Translations under genes and position numbers: made by a program | Shown here: piece after piece, positions 61,319 through 64,000 of the stretch | Layout: every line of letters starts with the position of its first letter | Numbering within the stretch: the stretch's first letter is position 1 | Notes under the pieces: generated by a model | The model's input: the letters and a program-made list of their open reading frames with translations, nothing else | The model's database searches: none | What the model was told of the DNA's origin: nothing | Source: Anthoceros angustus | Taxonomy: Eukaryota > Plantae > Anthocerotophyta | Direction of reading: 5' to 3' | Length of the DNA stretch: 64,000 nucleotides | Assembly: GCA_010909165.1 (NCBI GenBank) | Contig: MU008160.1 | Span: forward strand, 1,426,001 to 1,490,000

Positions 61319-64000
61319 TTATTGGCAGCACACCTCATATATGGAACTTGTCTCGTCAAGTTTTGATAATCTTTTTGCATGACCATCACATACAGCACAA
61401 CTTGGTTGTGCACAATGAGGCCAAATATTCCGGTCATAAATTGTTTTAATACAAGAAAAAGCTTTCCTAGGAGTCCTTGGCCAAAGGTTCAAAAGTGGAG
61501 ACCCCACCATGCTTAAGGACGCCCAAAATTGGATAGGAAAGTGGCCTGTAATATATACTTTCATAATGTAGTGCAAGGCCTCGCAGACATTCATACCACG
61601 TGTGTGAGGATTAACGTATAAAATATGAAATAGTACTGCAACCAAAAACACCACGTAAAAGTCAGGGGATGGACGACGAAGTTGGGAATTGAATTGAATT
61701 GAATTGAATTGAATAAATGTGGTGTCCCGGAATAAATGAAAACATAGCAACAATTTGAGGAAGGGAACGTAATACAATCATACCCATCCACCCACCTACA
61801 ACCAGAAGCATTTGGTGTCGATCGTCGACCTTCCACAAGGTGAGTACTGCTGCGGCAGCACCGGCTTGCAGCAAAGCGCGACCCAATCCCAGCAGCCCTT
61901 CGCTTCCGGTGACCTCACCCAGGCCCGATTCGCACGTACTCAGCACCACCAGGCCAGCAGCAATACCACCTTCCAGATCCGCAATCTCTGAAGCAGTAAG
62001 GACCTGGCCAGCCTCTTGGACCCTGCGCAAGCGGGAGTTGGCATCTGTACCCTCGAACACATGGGAGCTTCTGTGGCCGGCACCGGCACCATGGCCGTCT
62101 GTTCTCCTGCTTGTGCTGCAGTCATGTGGGCCCTGCATCAACAGGCAGCCGTGAGGGTACCGTTCTTCTTCTACCACGCCATGGGTTGCCAACAGAACCA
62201 CACCGCTGTTTGCCAGCCCGTCCAGCACAGCTTTCTTGGTCATGTTCCGACCCACGCAGGGCTGGACGTTGAAGTACGAGGCCACAGTGATGGCTTCGTG
62301 CAGCGAGAAGTCCAGCTGGGGCCAGCCCAGGCCCATGGGTTCTGGGTTGCCAGCTATGAAGGCAACCTGGCCCTTGCTGAGCTGCTTGCTTCGATGGAGT
62401 GGCTCGACGGCGTGCATTCCTTGGGCAGGTAAGCTGACCGACTGCAGGGAAGAAACGTCGTCCACGAGACCCGGGAACTGCATCCTGGCCTGGAACTTGT
62501 CCTGCCGCTGTAAGCATCTGTACAAAGTTGTGATGGAAGGGATGACAGCCACACCTCTGGTTGCTTGCAGTTGGACCAGGAACTTGCCCTTCCTCTCGTC
62601 ATACAAAGCGGCAAAGGGCACCTGAGACAAGCACCCGTGCCCTGGTGCGAAAACGAGAGTGTCACAGCCCTCCAGGTCTGCCTCTATGAACTGCACCAGG
62701 AGTGCGTGCAGAGTGGCCAAGGCTTTGATGGGCCTCCGGCTCCTCGTGTCTTCCTCATTCTGAATGTCAGTCCGAGCCTGGCTTATCAGTCCCTCCAGAC
62801 TAGTTGTGGGTGACTCGCCTGCATCCTTAAACCAGGTTCTCAGGTGACAGATCGTGCAAAACTGGTTCACGAGCGCGAGGTTGGGAGATTCGGCTGATTG
62901 TCTGATGACATAAATGTACAACAACCCCAGCCATGTGTTGTAGACATAGTGGATGATGGCAGTCTTGGGGCTTAGCGATTGTGCAGTGGCCCAGATTATG
63001 CTCTCCAACAAAGTGTCGCACTGGTCCAATGCCATGGGCTTGAAAAATGGTTCCTCCCCTCCTTTGATATGGATCTGGTGCAAGAGAAAGCGCACGTTGG
63101 CCCTTTCCGCCCAAATCAAGCCTCGCGTAGGATTTCGAAGGCCGTTGATCCACAAATCCTGCAGGAGCCAGTAGACCATCTCCATCTTCTGATCGAAAAA
63201 CAGAACCCAAGCTAGGGGTTTACTGTCTTGATAACAAGTCTCCCGTTGTTCCACAGCGGCAAGTACAGCAGCCTCCTCAGCCACCATAGCAGCCCTCACC
63301 CATTCCTGTCGCTCTTCAATTTCTGATGACTCAGCCCTCTCCATGTTCTGTTGCTCTTCAATTTCTGTTGACTCAGCCCTCTTCAATTTCTGTTGATCCC
63401 GTAGGACACGGGCTTTCTGCCGCAGGACAAGGGCTTGCTCGAATTTGGCCAGGACCAGGTAGACACCATCATTGGCTGCCAATGTTACTGCTTCCTCGGT
63501 ATAGGTCCATGCTGCTGCCGGATCCCCGAGCCTCAAGGCTGCTCTGGCCTGCAGCAAGCGCACCTGCAAACCAGACACAGTGTGACCAGTCATATCCTGC
63601 GACACTGTCGTCCCCAGCTCTGCATCGAGCTTTTCGTACTGTTTCAATCTCTCGAGAGCCAGGCACAAAATGACGCGCACATTCATCTCCAAGATCTTCG
63701 CCTTGTGGAAGGTCACCTCAGTGCTCTTAACCTTTTGAAGCGCTTTCAGTGCCTGCTGAGATTTCCTCTCGGCCATCTTCCAGTTACCATTCTTAATGTG
63801 GAGCCCAGCAGTCACCTTCATCAACACCAACTCATGGAAAAGTGGACCACGACCTGTTTCCACCTGATCCGTCCCAGCTAGTGCCTCCTTCATGTATTTA
63901 AGAATGGTTTCAGCCTGCTTGAGGTCGCCCATGTCCTCTGCTATAACTGCCTTCAAAAGGTTCCAACGATTCCATAGCAACCTCCCTTCCACCCTCCCTT
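61319..64000 (-). CDS. TPR-like helical region plus CHAT (caspase/HetF-like, clan CD) protease; 5' end outside the window
   Basis: Open frame from the window edge to 61796, GT-AG intron 61795-61636, last exon 61635-61319. Contains LHALLVQFI, LSQVPFAAL, VLLATHG (His codon 62181-62183), VVLSTCESGLG (Cys codon 61932-61934), GLGRALLQAGA..LTLWKVDD, then EAL..M..FPIQFWASLSMVG in the last exon. Confidence 0.88.
61686..61714. repeat. (GAATT)n microsatellite inside the CHAT intron
   Basis: About 5.8 perfect units read directly. Confidence 0.95.

Noticed and set aside
61319-64000. Bacterial contaminant as the source of the CHAT gene
   Set aside because: It has a GT-AG intron that restores the CHAT C-terminus and is contiguous with a plant LTR element.

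Overview
Nuclear DNA from a seed-free land plant. A DYW:KP-type PPR gene points to hornwort, fern or lycophyte, and the ~100-bp introns mildly favour hornwort. There are three host genes. (1) A minus-strand PLS-PPR-E1-E2-DYW:KP gene ending ...CSCKGRP (5434-~9468), whose N-terminus carries an OSB-type PDF ssDNA-binding motif. (2) An intact 13-exon BRCA1 homolog (15339-20656, +). (3) A TPR-like/CHAT caspase-family protease gene (61319 to beyond 64000, -). Between BRCA1 and CHAT sits a 39.5-kb five-level transposon nest: chromovirus Ty3 (21777-61308) > CACTA (25813-59534) > LTR unit Z > Athila/Tat-like element A > solo LTR B. The A, B and Z LTRs are ~3.5-4.5 kb and each carries a homologous ~500-700-codon ORF inside U3. 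For A the LTR limits are fixed by PPT, PBS and a 7-bp terminal inverted repeat. The best leads are the PDF-PPR-DYW:KP fusion, the LTR-encoded ORF family and the TPR-CHAT protease. Repetitive segments show many 1-4 bp indels and local tandem duplications, while single-copy genes are clean. Frameshifts in repeats may therefore be assembly errors. All alignments were done by eye; no database search was run.
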